A stretch of DNA of 64,000 bases from Eledone cirrhosa (taxonomy: Eukaryota): positions 7,378,001 through 7,442,000 of the forward strand of contig OZ024761.1 in NCBI GenBank assembly GCA_964016885.1. Direction: 5' to 3'. Each line of letters opens with the position of its first letter. Position 1 is the stretch's first letter. Shown here one piece after another: positions 13,618 to 27,150 of the stretch. A program made the translations under genes and the position numbers. The notes below the pieces were generated by a model. That model saw only the letters and a list, made by a program, of their open reading frames with translations. It had not been told where the DNA came from and did no database searches.

Positions 13618-13665
13618 ATATATATATATACATATACATGTATATATATATATATATATATACAT

Positions 13666-13764
<99 letters not shown>

Positions 13765-13780
13765 CATGTATATATATATG

Positions 13781-13864
<84 letters not shown>

Positions 13865-13910
13865 CATATACATGTATATATATATATACATATACATATA
13901 TACATATACA

Positions 13911-13944
<34 letters not shown>

Positions 13945-13996
13945 CATGTATATATACATGTATATATATATATATACATATATATATATACATGTA

Positions 13997-14028
<32 letters not shown>

Positions 14029-14034
14029 CATGTA

Positions 14035-14066
<32 letters not shown>

Positions 14067-14169
14067 CATGTATATATATATATACATGTATATATATACA
14101 TGTATATATACATGTATATATATATATACATATATAGATATACATATATATATATATTCTTATATATAT

Positions 14170-14200
<31 letters not shown>

Positions 14201-14241
14201 CATATATAGATATACATATATATATATATTCTTATATATAT

Positions 14242-14272
<31 letters not shown>

Positions 14273-14865
14273 CATATATATATACACGTATATATACATA
14301 TATATATACACATATATACATATACATATATATATATGCATATACATATACACATATATACATATACATATATATATATATGCATATACATATACATATA
14401 TATGTATATATACATACATATATATGTATATACACATACATATATATGTATATACACATACATATATATACATATATATATATACATATACATATATACA
14501 CATACATATATATACATATATATATATACATATACATATATACATATATACAAATATATACATATATATACATATATATACATATATATACATATATATA
14601 CATATATATACATATACATATATATACATATATATACATATATATACATATACATATATATACATATATATACATATATATATATACATATATATACATA
14701 TATATACATATACATATACATATATATATATACATATATATACATATACATATACATATATATACATATACATATATATACATATATATACATATATATA
14801 TACATATACATATATATACATATATATACATATATATACATATACATATATATACATATATATAC

Positions 14866-14899
<34 letters not shown>

Positions 14900-15017
14900 A
14901 CATATACATATATATACATATATATGTATATATATATGTATATATATATATACATATATATATACATATACATATATATACATATATATGTATATATATA
15001 TGTATATATATATATAC

Positions 15018-15048
<31 letters not shown>

Positions 15049-15191
15049 CATATATATGTATATATATATATACATATATATACATATATATACATATACA
15101 TACATATATATACATATACATACATATACATATATATACATATATATATATATATACATATATACAAATACATATATATATACATATATAC

Positions 15192-15232
<41 letters not shown>

Positions 15233-15249
15233 CATATACATATATATAC

Positions 15250-15280
<31 letters not shown>

Positions 15281-15323
15281 AATATATACATATATATATA
15301 TACATATACATATAAATATATAC

Positions 15324-15356
<33 letters not shown>

Positions 15357-15394
15357 CATATATATACATATATATATATATACATATATATACA

Positions 15395-15432
<38 letters not shown>

Positions 15433-15573
15433 CATATATATACATATATATATGTACATATATATACATATATATATACATATATATACATATATATATA
15501 CATATATATACACATATATATACATATATATATATACATATATATGTATATATATATATACATATATATATAT
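13580..15573. repeat. ~2-kb TA/TACA compound microsatellite
   Basis: Seen directly. Confidence 0.97.
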
Positions 15574-15787
15574 AGTATTTACGTATCGAGAAAGAGAGAA
15601 AAAGGAGGGATAGGTGATACATATAGTTATTTGTCAAGTAGCGTATGCCAAAGGTGCTCGATACTAGTGCCGGCAGTATTAAATATTCGAAGTGTTAATA
15701 TTTAGTGGGCTAGAGAGTTAGCAGAGCGTAAGCACGTGGGAAAGTGAAAAATCGGAGAATAGACCGTTAAAACATGTTTATTTAAAA

Positions 15788-15832
15788 TATCACCTACGTA
15801 CGTTTCGCCCAGTTGGGCTTCTCAAGGGCATA
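15788..15832 (-). ncRNA. Hammerhead ribozyme motif, U3-A8 core variant
   Basis: Minus strand: tatgccc-TTGAGAA-gccc(aact)gggc-GAAA-c(gtac)g-TA/ggtgata. It lies 5 nt after the stop of a short non-repetitive ORF tail (…[21 protein letters not shown]). Confidence 0.65.
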
Positions 15833-15924
15833 AACAGTCACAAGTGTTCCTTATAGAGTTCGGAAAGAGTTTTGGGGGTTAAATCCACATCAAGATTCAT
15901 TGCTCGCAAAAATATCTTGTTTTG

Positions 15925-16998
<1,074 letters not shown>

Positions 16999-17000
16999 CT

Positions 17001-18724
17001 TGAAATGCAGTTTGGGTTTGTGTCAGGTAAAAGTACCACAGAGGCTCTTTTCATTGTATGACAAATACAGGAGAAGTACCTAGCTAAAAGTAAACCCCTA
17101 TACCTAGCTTTTGTTGACTTAGAGAAAGCCTTTGACAGAGTCCCCCGCTCCATTATCTGGTGGACTCTTAGAAAACTAGGTGTAGATGAAAGGTTTGTGA
17201 GAGCTATACAAGCCATTTATAATGAAACAGTCAGCAAGGTTAGAATTAACAACGAATATAGTGCAGAATTTAGCGTAAAAGTTGGTGTTCATCAAGGCTC
17301 TTTCCTTAGCCCCCCTCCTATTTATTATTGCCCTTCAGGCTATAACAGAGGAGTTCAAGCCCAGCTGCCCATGGGAACTTCTATACGCTGATGATCTAAC
17401 TCTCATAGCTGAATCAATGGCGGAACTAGAGAAGAAATTCCAAATATGGAAGCATGGCCTAGAATGAAAAGGCCTTAAAGTTAACTTGTCTAAGACTAAA
17501 GTTCTAGTATGTAGAAAGGAAAATAGGGCACAGGTCCCCTCTGGGAAATGGCCATGCTCAGTGTAGGAAAGGAGTAGGCAGAAATTCCATTTTATGTCCC
17601 AAATGCAAAGTATGGGTACATAAAAGATGTAGTGGGTTCACAGGTAAGCTATCTAAGAACATAGATTTTATACGTGGCCGATGCTCAGGTGCAATAAGTA
17701 GCAAGTGTCCACAGGATACCAGCTCCTTCTATTGCCTAGATGGTTCTATAGAAATAGTGGACGCCTTCTGTTACCTGGGTCACAAGATCAGCAGTGGTGG
17801 AGGGTGCTCTGAAAGTTCAGTAACCAGAATCAGAACGGGATGGAAAAAGTTCAGCGAGCTTATACCACTATTGGCCACTAAAGGTTTCTCTCTAAAAATG
17901 AAAGGCAGGCTGTATGATGCCTGCATACGAACAGCAATGTTACATGGCAGTGAGACCTGGGCATTGTGTGCAGAGGACCTGTGCAGACTGGAGGAGAGGA
18001 ACGAAACATGCATGCTCCATTTCATGTGTAATAGTAATATACGCGAACGGCAAAGCATAAATGAACTAAGTGAGAAATTAGGAATAAGAGGGATCAGATG
18101 CTGTTTACTTGACAGAAGACTATGTTGGTATGGCCACGTGATGCACATGAAAGATGACAGCTGTATAAAAAAGTGCAGGGCGATCAAAACTGACGGAAGT
18201 TACGGAGTAGGTAGACCCAGAAAAACCTGGGACGATTTGATAAATTCTGACCTTACACACTTACACCTCTCTGTGGCAATGTCGCTGGACCGAGATCTTT
18301 GGCGCTAAGCAATAATACAGAAAACCCACTTTGCCTAAGTACAAAGCAAAACCTACATTCAGTAGGCACCTCTTAACCAAAAATACACCCCCATCCCACT
18401 ACCCCTGCCCCACCCCCATCTACACCACCCCTTTCGCTGTAAAGTTATCTTGGTACCACAACATCCAGTCCAAAATAAATGAGGTCGTGTAGGTGTCACG
18501 ACAAAAAAACAGACAGTCCATGCTGTAATGTGGCCGTGTAGGTAACACGGTAAAAAGTTCCCAGTTCCACCCTGTAAACGTGGTTGGTGTTAGGAAGGGC
18601 ATCCAGCCGTAGAAAACTGCCAGACAGTCACATACGAGCGAGACAACCAATCGTGCCTCAAGTGGAACAATTCCCGTCTAAACCCATGCTAGCGTGGAAG
18701 ATAGACGTTAAACGATGATGATGA
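17001..18724 (+). mobile_element. RTE-clade LINE, 5'-truncated (RT through 3' end)
   Basis: [35 protein letters not shown]; (GAT)n tail. Confidence 0.95.
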
Positions 18725-18945
18725 TATATATATACATATATATATATATACATATACATACATATATATATATATATATACATATATATCTATACATATA
18801 TATAAATGTGTGTGTGTGTATATATATATAATATATACACATACAGAAGAGATGTCAACATGAATGGACCTGTTATTTTTATCTGAAGACATTTTTTCCA
18901 ATTCCAACCCGCCCGTCCCCTCAATCATTCTTATTTCTAATTCTT

Positions 18946-18981
18946 TCTTCTGACGAAGGACTAGCGTCCGAAACATTAAGA
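18946..18981 (+). ncRNA. Minimal hammerhead motif with loopless, mutated stem III
   Basis: tctt-CTGACGA-a-ggac(tagc)gtcc-GAAA-CATT/aaga, inside a short non-repetitive island (~18845-19065) between TA tracts. Confidence 0.55.
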
Positions 18982-19077
18982 CCCTCTTCCTGCTATATCA
19001 GGCGTTAACCTAATATATACCTTCCATATACTGTACCGATTGTGTTGTTATTTCTGTTTACCTTATATATATATATA

Positions 19078-19230
19078 TAAATGTAAGTATGTGTGTATGC
19101 GTACATACATATATGTATACAGACGTACAGTAGCATACATATATATATATATATATATATATACATACAGGTACACATACATATATGCATGTATCACTGA
19201 TACGTGCATATATGTATGTGTACCTGTATG

Positions 19231-19278
<48 letters not shown>

Positions 19279-19333
19279 CTACTGTACGTCTGTATACATA
19301 TATGTATGTACGCATACACACATACTTACATTT
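19078..19333. repeat. Near-perfect palindrome of microsatellite-derived sequence
   Basis: Centre at TATCA-C-TGATA (~19197); the arms mirror out to AAATGTAAGTATG/CATACTTACATTT. Confidence 0.9.
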
Positions 19334-19528
19334 AAGTAAGTGCCGTACTAAGAGTGAGAAATGAAATTTCGTTTTCATTTTATTTCAACTTATATATATA
19401 TATTTTTTTTATCCCCTGTTTTATTGATGGCGCACTGTATCTCTCTCTAGTGTGTTACCTTTTCAACATATTGTATTTGAAGTGCCCAGGATTTCCTCTC
19501 CTTTGAGCACATTATTTACAGGGAACGG

Positions 19529-19707
19529 TGGATTGGCAGTATCGGTAGAGGGTCGGACGCCATGCTTTCCAGCATAGTTACGTCCCTTTACGATCTGAGT
19601 TCAAATCCCGCCGAGGTTGACTTTGCCTTTCATCCTTACGGGGTCGATAAAATAAAGTACCAGTAACGCACTGGGTAATTGCTGGCCTTGTGCCTAAAGT
19701 AGAAACA
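19529..19707 (+). mobile_element. Near full-length tRNA-derived SINE with 18-bp TSD
   Basis: B box GAGTTCAAATCC. TSD ATTATTTACAGGGAACGG at 19511-19528 and 19708-19725. Confidence 0.9.
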
Positions 19708-19818
19708 ATTATTTACAGGGAACGGCGAGAGTCTATGGCTCCGTTAATGTATCGTGATATATATATATATGTTATGGAATACTGTTAGCTTCTCGCTAAA
19801 ACAATTTCTATACCTTTC

Positions 19819-19892
<74 letters not shown>

Positions 19893-20279
19893 AATGTAGT
19901 GAGGTTCGAACCCTAGTAACGTCTATTCACATCGATGAACTGTAGTACAATAACATTGACAACACCTCGCTCTAAAATCCCCACAAGAGAAGCCCTGCTG
20001 ATCTTATATCTTTCTTCTCCACTGACCTCTCTTCCATTAAAATATGTTTTTTTTTAGTACTCCCCCATCCCCTCATTTGTATCGAATGGGGGTGGTTTGA
20101 GGAAGAGAGTCGGTGAAAAGAGAGACGGTAAGAAGAGAAAGAGAGAGGGTAGAGAAAGGGTAAAGGGAGAGAGAGAGGGTAAAGGGAGAGAGAGGGTAGA
20201 GAAAGAGACGGTAAGAAGAGAGAGGGTAAAGGGAGAGAGAGAGAGAAAGATGGTATGAGTATAGAGAGGGGTAGTATTG

Positions 20280-20639
20280 CTCGAGAGAGCGAGATGGGGC
20301 GGGTGATGGATAAAACTTATTAAAACTACGCAGTTACTAGATGGCCCCTACCCTGGATTTTATATAAGTTTGTCCAAGCCAAGCTACATGTATTGTAACA
20401 CCCCGCCCATCACTCTGTCTTCTACATGTCAGTCTTTGTGGCCAATAAAGAAATAATAATAATAATTATTATTAGAATATTGACCAACGAGAGAGGGTGA
20501 TGGAAAAGGACAAGACAGATAGATAGTGAAAAAGTGAAAGAGTAAAACAAAGAGGTAGAGAGTGAAAGAGAGAGAGTGATTGTAAAAGAGTAAGATAGAG
20601 AGAGAGAGAGAGAGAGAGAGTGAGTGATTGTAAAAGAGT

Positions 20640-20670
<31 letters not shown>

Positions 20671-21130
20671 TGAGTGTGAGAGAGAGGGTAAGACGAACAA
20701 GCAAGATGTTTTTTTTTGTTATATTATTATTTTTTTTGTTTTTTGTTTAACAAGACACAAACAACAAACCAACCCTTGCGCTGTGAAGAAGAAGACGAAG
20801 AGTTGAAGGATCGGCAGGCAGCGGCTTGCGAGAACCCGTCGGGCGGACCCCTTTTTTTAGGGTGCTGGTTGCTCGATCAAAAGAGAAGAGGACAGCATTA
20901 GCTTTGTGTAGCCGGTTCTGGCGAGTGTCTGCAGCAGTTTTGCGGCGAGGGTAGAGACATTATTATTCCTGGCTTAATAAGAAGAGAAAATATACGATGA
21001 GATATGTGTAGCAGTAGTATGAAGTACAGATGCAGCCGTCACTAAACTGATGCAGGCGAACAGACTGTCAGCCACTAAACATAGAAACAAGAGCGAAGAG
21101 AAGAAACAAGCCTGGCTTGGCTTTAGATAG
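20280..21130. promoter_or_regulatory. Candidate promoter / first-exon region
   Basis: GC boxes (GGGGCGGG ~20295, CCCCGCCC 20401), GGCCAAT ~20440, (GA)n tracts, then a CpG-containing unique segment at 20770-21120. No linked coding exon identified. Confidence 0.35.
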
Positions 21131-21720
21131 TAGAAAAAGTCTTTGACGCTGTCACAAGGGAGATAACTACTAGGTCAACACCAAACATGGTTATCGACCT
21201 TGACACACGTTGAAGGACTCTTTCTATCTCTCTCTGTTTCACAGTCTGTATATATATATATATATATATACATATATATATAAATCCTCCTCTTCCTTCG
21301 TCACATATTTTATTTCTCAACTCTCATAATACAAATTATGTTAAGTGGGATTTTTCTCTCTCTCCACTAAGCAAAGATTACTTATAAAATAATGTTTTAA
21401 ATGTAGTCGGCTGTACCTGAAACGAAATCTAGAACAATTTTATTAGAAAAAAAATCAAAATTATATTCCTCACTCCACTCATTTTTTAAATGTTAATTTC
21501 TCAATGTCCGACATTGTCATGTGACAAATGACGACACCGATATAGACCTCAACTGCCAAATTGGAGGAAAACCAACAATTACAGAATGCGTTAACCCTTT
21601 TCTTACTATATTTCTAATGAAATAGACAACTAGGAATTTCAAATATTTTGGAAACAAGAATTTGAAAGGTTTAGTAATATGAGTAATTTTCTCACTATTA
21701 AGTTGGTGTTAGGCCTCAAG

Positions 21721-22791
21721 CAGTGGAAACTTCTGGTGTCCTTGGCCTACCTCCCTACTTACCACCATAGGCACAGACCTGGCTACCCCTGTTAATGGAA
21801 ACTTCTGGTGTCCTTGGCCTAGGGCTACCTCCCTACTTACCACCATAGGCACAGACCTGGCTACCCCTGTTAATGGAAACTTCTGGTGTCCTTGGCCTAG
21901 GGCTACCTCCCTACTTACCACCATAGGCACAGACCTGGCTACCCCTGTTAATGGAAACTTCTGGTGTCCTTGGCCTACCTCCCTACTTACCACCATAGGC
22001 ACAAACCTGGCTACCCCTGTTAATGGAAACTTCTGGTGTCCTTGGCCTAGGGCTACCTCCCTACTTACCACCATAGGCACAAACCTGGCTACCCCTGTTA
22101 ATGGAAACTTCTGGTGTCCTTGGCCTAGGGCTACCTCCCTACTTACCACCATAGGCACAGACCTGGCTACCCCTGTTAATGGAAACTTCTGGTGTCCTTG
22201 GCCTAGGGCTACCTCCCTACTTACCACCATAGGCACAAATCTGGCTACCCCTGGCAATGGAAACTTCTGGTGTCCTTGGCCTAGGGCTACCTCCCTACTT
22301 ACCACCATAGGCACAAACCTGGCTACCCCTAGCAGTGGAAACTTCTGGTGTCCTTGGCCTAGGGCTACCTCCCTACTTACCACCATAGGCACAGACCTGG
22401 CTACCCCAAGCAGTGGAAACTTCTGGTGTCCTTGGCCTAGGGCTACCTCCCTACTTACCACCATAGGCACAAATCTGGCTACCCCTAGCAGTGGAAACTT
22501 CTGGTGTCCTTGGCCTAGGGCTACCTCCCTACTTACCACCATAGGCACAGACCTGGCTACCCCTAGCAGTGGAAACTTCTGGTGTCCTTGGCCTAGGGCT
22601 ACCTCCCTACTTACCACCATAGGCACAGACCTGGCTACCCTAGCAGTGGAAACTTCTGGTGTCCTTGGCCTAGGGCTACCTCCCTACTTACCACCATAGG
22701 CACAGACCTGGCTACCCCTAGCAGTGGAAACTTCTGGTGTCCTTGGCCTAGGGCTACCTCCCTACTCACCACCATAGGCGCATGTCTGGCT
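21721..22791. repeat. 78-bp minisatellite (~14 units, some 72 bp)
   Basis: Unit AATGGAAACTTCTGGTGTCCTTGGCCTAGGGCTACCTCCCTACTTACCACCATAGGCACAGACCTGGCTACCCCTGTT. Confidence 0.97.
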
Positions 22792-23094
22792 AGCCGCAGG
22801 TGTGAGCTTCACGAGATGGAATGACTCTTCCAGCACATCTCTCACCACCCTCCAGGGAAATGCCTTCTCCATTGTGTCCGCCCAGGCTATGGGGCGGTCA
22901 GCACGTGGAACCCCATATGCTCATAATAGTGAGAGATGGGGAGGGCGAGAGAGACAAATGTAATGAGAGTGAGAGTTCGGCTCTTCCATGTTCGGACACA
23001 TTTATCAATTCTATGTTGCTGTTGATACTTAAATCCTTTAAATCTAGTGAGGTATAAGACCTAAGTGTTAACATAAAATTATGATGGAAGATTT

Positions 23095-23530
23095 CCCTTT
23101 AATTGCCATATTTCTAATGAAAGACATTGTCTATATCATTAACCCTTTCATTACCATATTTCTAATGAAAGACACTACCTATGTCGTTAACCCTTTCATT
23201 ACCATATTTCTAATGAAAGACACTACCTATGTCATTAACCCTTTCATAACCATATTTCTAATGAAAGGCACTGTCTATGTCATTAACCCTTTCATTACCA
23301 TATTTCTAATGAAAGACACGACCTATGCCATTAACCCTTTCATTGCCATATTTCTAATGGAAGATACTGTCTATGTCATTAACCCTTTCATTACCATATT
23401 TCTAATGAAAGACACTGTCTATGCCATTAACCCTTTCATTGCCATATTTCTAATGAAAGACACTACCTATGTCATTAACCCTTTCATTACCATATTTCTA
23501 ATGAAAGACACTGTCTATGTTATTAACCCT
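23095..23530. repeat. 48-bp minisatellite (~9 units) starting TTAACCCTTT
   Basis: Unit TTAACCCTTTCATTACCATATTTCTAATGAAAGACACTGTCTATGTCA; a solo homologue lies at ~21591. Confidence 0.95.
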
Positions 23531-23789
23531 TTGGTTAACATCACATTTATTTTCCATGCTCATATGGGTTAAATGAATATGTATATACATACATGCATAT
23601 ATATATATATATATATATATGTTTGTCCTTCATCAGAAGATAGAATAAAAAATTAAAAAAAGAAATAGGAAGAAAGAGAAGAGAGGGAGATGAAAAGGAA
23701 AAAATATTGGTAGGGACAAAAAAAAAAAAAAAAACATGTTGGAAGATATTTTTCTGACTTAATTTCCCGGCTTATTGTTGTACCCTCTC

Positions 23790-24260
23790 TGGAGCAGAAA
23801 TGTGGCCCTTCACAAATACCCTTGCAAAGAGGATTGACAGCTTTGATAGCAGATCCCTGAGGACCATCAAAAACATCAGATGGGGCCACCACATTTCCAA
23901 CAAAGTGTTGCATAAACGCACGCATCAGCCCACAGCTTCCTGCCTCGTAGCTATCTCTCTCCCTAGCATGCGCTGGTACAGACATGTCCTCTGCTTTCCA
24001 TCAAATCATCCTACCAGAGCTTTACTCTCGTTCATCACAGTGTCTGCAGGCTGGAAGAGGCCCTGCACCAGATGGCAGGATATCATCAGGGAAGATCTAC
24101 GGAGCATCAACAGCAACTTGGAGGATGCAGAGGAGCTGGGACTGCCAGTGATGGAGGGCACTTGTGAACCTGGTCTGCGGCTCTATGCACAATGATGCTT
24201 CTGGGATCGCTGACCTATGATGACCCCCAGCCTCGTCGAGCAAGAGCAAGAACAAGAAGA
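23790..24260 (+). mobile_element. 3' fragment of an RTE-like LINE
   Basis: WPFTNTLAKRIDSFDSRSLRTI..IRW..HISN…MRWYRHV…RPCTRWQD; (CAAGA)n-like tail. Confidence 0.75.
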
Positions 24261-24867
24261 AGGTCACTGTACCACTTATTTTCACACACAAATCCACTTC
24301 TGGCAGGGTCCAATGTATAATCTTAGCTAATTCATTGGATCTCCATTTCTTGTGTTCCTTGTGCAGTCAGCACCAATGTCTGCCACTGTCTCCTCAAACA
24401 TTCCACACACCTTGCACATTCTTCTCCTCCAACTTATTCCTGAGAGGGTCATGGGGGCACAGTCCTCAAATACTCCCTCCAGTGGGTCCTGTAAGAAGAA
24501 ACCATCTCCAACTGATCTGACTGGATCCCTAAGAGTGACTAGTAAAGCCCATGGATGTTATCCAACCATCTTGATTGGGGTCTACCCTTGGGTCTCATGC
24601 CGGTTAGTTTCGCCCATAAAATCTGTCCAGCAATTCTTTCCTGAGACATTCTAATCACATGTCCATAGTATCAGAGCTGTGATCTCTCAATTCGGAGAAG
24701 TAGCAGCTCTATCTGGAGTGACTCTCTTATCTCCGAGCTAAACACTCTTTTGAGTAACGTTACTCCAGACTCTTTGGGGGAACCTCATTTTGGCTGCTTG
24801 TATTGGGGATGTCTTCCGTGTATATGTGGTTCCTAATATGATTGGTTTTGATAGCTTGGTCTTAACC

Positions 24868-25976
24868 TGTTGACTGCTGTGTATATTTTACACAGCTACA
24901 GTTGCTGTGTTGACTGCTGTGTATATTTTACACAGCTACAGTTGCTGTGTTGACTGCTATGTATATTTTACACAGCTACAGTTGCTGTGTTGACTGCTAT
25001 GTATATTTTACACAGCTACAGTTGCTGTGTTGACTGCTATGTATATTTTACACAGCTACAGTTGCTGTGTTGACTGCTGTGTATATTTTACGCAGCTACA
25101 GTTGCTGTGTTGACTGCCGTGTATATTTTACACAGATACAGTTGTTGTGTTGACTGCTGCGCATATTTTACACAGATACAGTTGTTGTGTTGACTGTTGT
25201 GTATATTTTACACAGTTACAGTTGTGTTGACTGCTACGTATATTTTACACAGATACAGTTGCTGTGTATATTTTACACAGATACAGTTGCTGTGTTGACT
25301 GCTACGTATATTTTACACAGATACAGTTGCTGTGTATATTTTACACAGCTACAGTTGCTGTGTTGACTGCTATGTATATTTTACACAGCTACAGTTGCTC
25401 TGTTAACTGTTGTGTATATTTTACAGTTACAGTTGCTGTGTTGACTGCCGTGTATATTTTACACAGCTACAGTTGCTGTGTTGACTGCCGTGTATATTTT
25501 ACACAGCTACAGTTGCTGTGTTGACTGCCGTGTATATTTTACACAGTAACAGTTGCTGTGTTGACTGTTGTGTATATTTTACACAGTAATAGTTGCTGTG
25601 TATATTTTACACAGTAACAGTTGCTGTGTTGACTGTTGTGTATATTTTACACAGTAACAGTTGCTGTGTTGACTACTGTGTATATTTTACACAGTAACAG
25701 TTGCTGTGTTGACTGCTGTGTATATTTTACACAGTAACAGTTGCTGTGTATATTTTACACAGCTACAGTTGCTGTGTTGACTGCTGTGTATATTTTACAC
25801 AGTAACAGTTGCTGTGTTGACTGCTGTGTATATTTTACACAGTAACAGTTGCTGTGTTGACTGCTGTGTATATTTTACACAGTAACAGTTGCTGTGTTGA
25901 CTGCTGTGTATATTTTACACAGTAACAGTTGCTATGTTGACTGCTGTGTATATTTTACACAGTAACAGTTGCTGTG
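24868..25976. repeat. 40-bp minisatellite with internal hairpin (~28 units, some shortened)
   Basis: Unit TGTTGACTGCTGTGTATATTTTACACAGCTACAGTTGCTG; internal stem GCTGTGTA/TACACAGC. Confidence 0.97.
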
Positions 25977-26383
25977 CCAGTTTTCTTTCTTCCAATAAAA
26001 TGACTATTTTTTAAAACAAACACTTATTAACAACACATATCTGAATGGTTGACAAATGTCACATCAATAAACTAGTAACGCCATCTAGCTTTGAAGTTAT
26101 GAACTGTTGGAAAAGAGTTCAAACATGTTAGGGTGAGTTATCTTCTCTACGGCACTGAAGGGGTTAAATCTTTTTGCATGTTTTACACCTCTTCCTTACT
26201 TTTTTCACCCTTTCCTTTCTTTAATACCAGTTCATTTTTTACTGCTTTGATCGGACATATTATTATTCTGGAAGTCTATAAAATAAAGTACCAGTAACAT
26301 ACTGGTGTGGGTTCATATAATCAACTTTCTACTTATTCCAAGTTGTTGGCCTTGTGCCAAAAGTAGAAACTATTATTAATAAT

Positions 26384-26568
26384 TGTTTCTACTTTTGGCA
26401 CAAGGCCAGCAATTACCCAGTGTATTACTGGTACTTTATTTTATCGACCCCATAAGGATGAAAGGCAAAGTTAACCTCGGCAGGATTTGAACTCAGATCA
26501 GAAAGGGGCGTAACTCTGTGCTACAAAGCATGTTGTCCAACCCTCTACCGATACTGCCAAACCACCAC
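26384..26568 (-). mobile_element. tRNA-derived SINE (tail-to-tail with a partial + copy at ~26276-26370)
   Basis: Reverse complement of the 19529 copy. Confidence 0.85.
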
Positions 26569-26857
26569 CCTTTATTAATAATAATAACACCACCATCCTT
26601 TAATAATAATAACACCACCACCCTTTATTAATAATAATAACACCACCACCCTTTATTAATAATAATAATTATGATTTCTTTTATTGGCCACAGTGGCCAC
26701 GACCATTAACGGCATTATGAGGATAAAAATAACACAAAACTGGGTTTACATTGTGTAAAGTAAAAGGGGAGATAACCAAAGATAAAACAGTAGATATAAA
26801 CAATAACAATCACAGTAACAGTCATAAAAAAACAAAACAAAAAAAAACACAGCACAG

Positions 26858-27150
26858 TTCCCATGACTTTCGGAAACATTTTTTCACGCTCAGAGTTGCT
26901 GAAGCATGGAACAAACTACCTGCATCAGTTGTTAGCTGCCGAGATCCTGCATCCTTTAAAACTTCCATGCTTCCCGAGATTCGCCAACACTACACCTAAT
27001 AATCCCCCTCGATACACATACACACATGTATATCATTACTCATACATTATTCACTTCCCTGACATTTGTATATTATTCTATGTACTATACATGCACCTTT
27101 GATGAGTTGTAGTGCACCTGAGCACTTTACACAATAATTTCATTATTATT
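26858..27150 (+). mobile_element. CR1-clade LINE 3' end
   Basis: [22 protein letters not shown]…SFK, the typical CR1 C-terminal FF..RV...WN.LP motif; (ATT)n tail. Confidence 0.85.

Noticed and set aside
13501-15637. Long YI/IY/CI-rich ORFs (here and at 8.6, 10-11, 12.3, 16, 33 and 57 kb)
   Set aside because: These are translations of TA/TACA microsatellites that happen to lack stop codons.
23081-23572. 163-aa hydrophobic repeat ORF
   Set aside because: Product of the 48-bp minisatellite; no splice or homology support.
24868-25976. CRISPR-like look of the hairpin-containing 40-bp repeats (also the 46-, 48- and 78-bp arrays)
   Set aside because: The units are contiguous with no unique spacers, there are no cas genes, and the context is eukaryotic.
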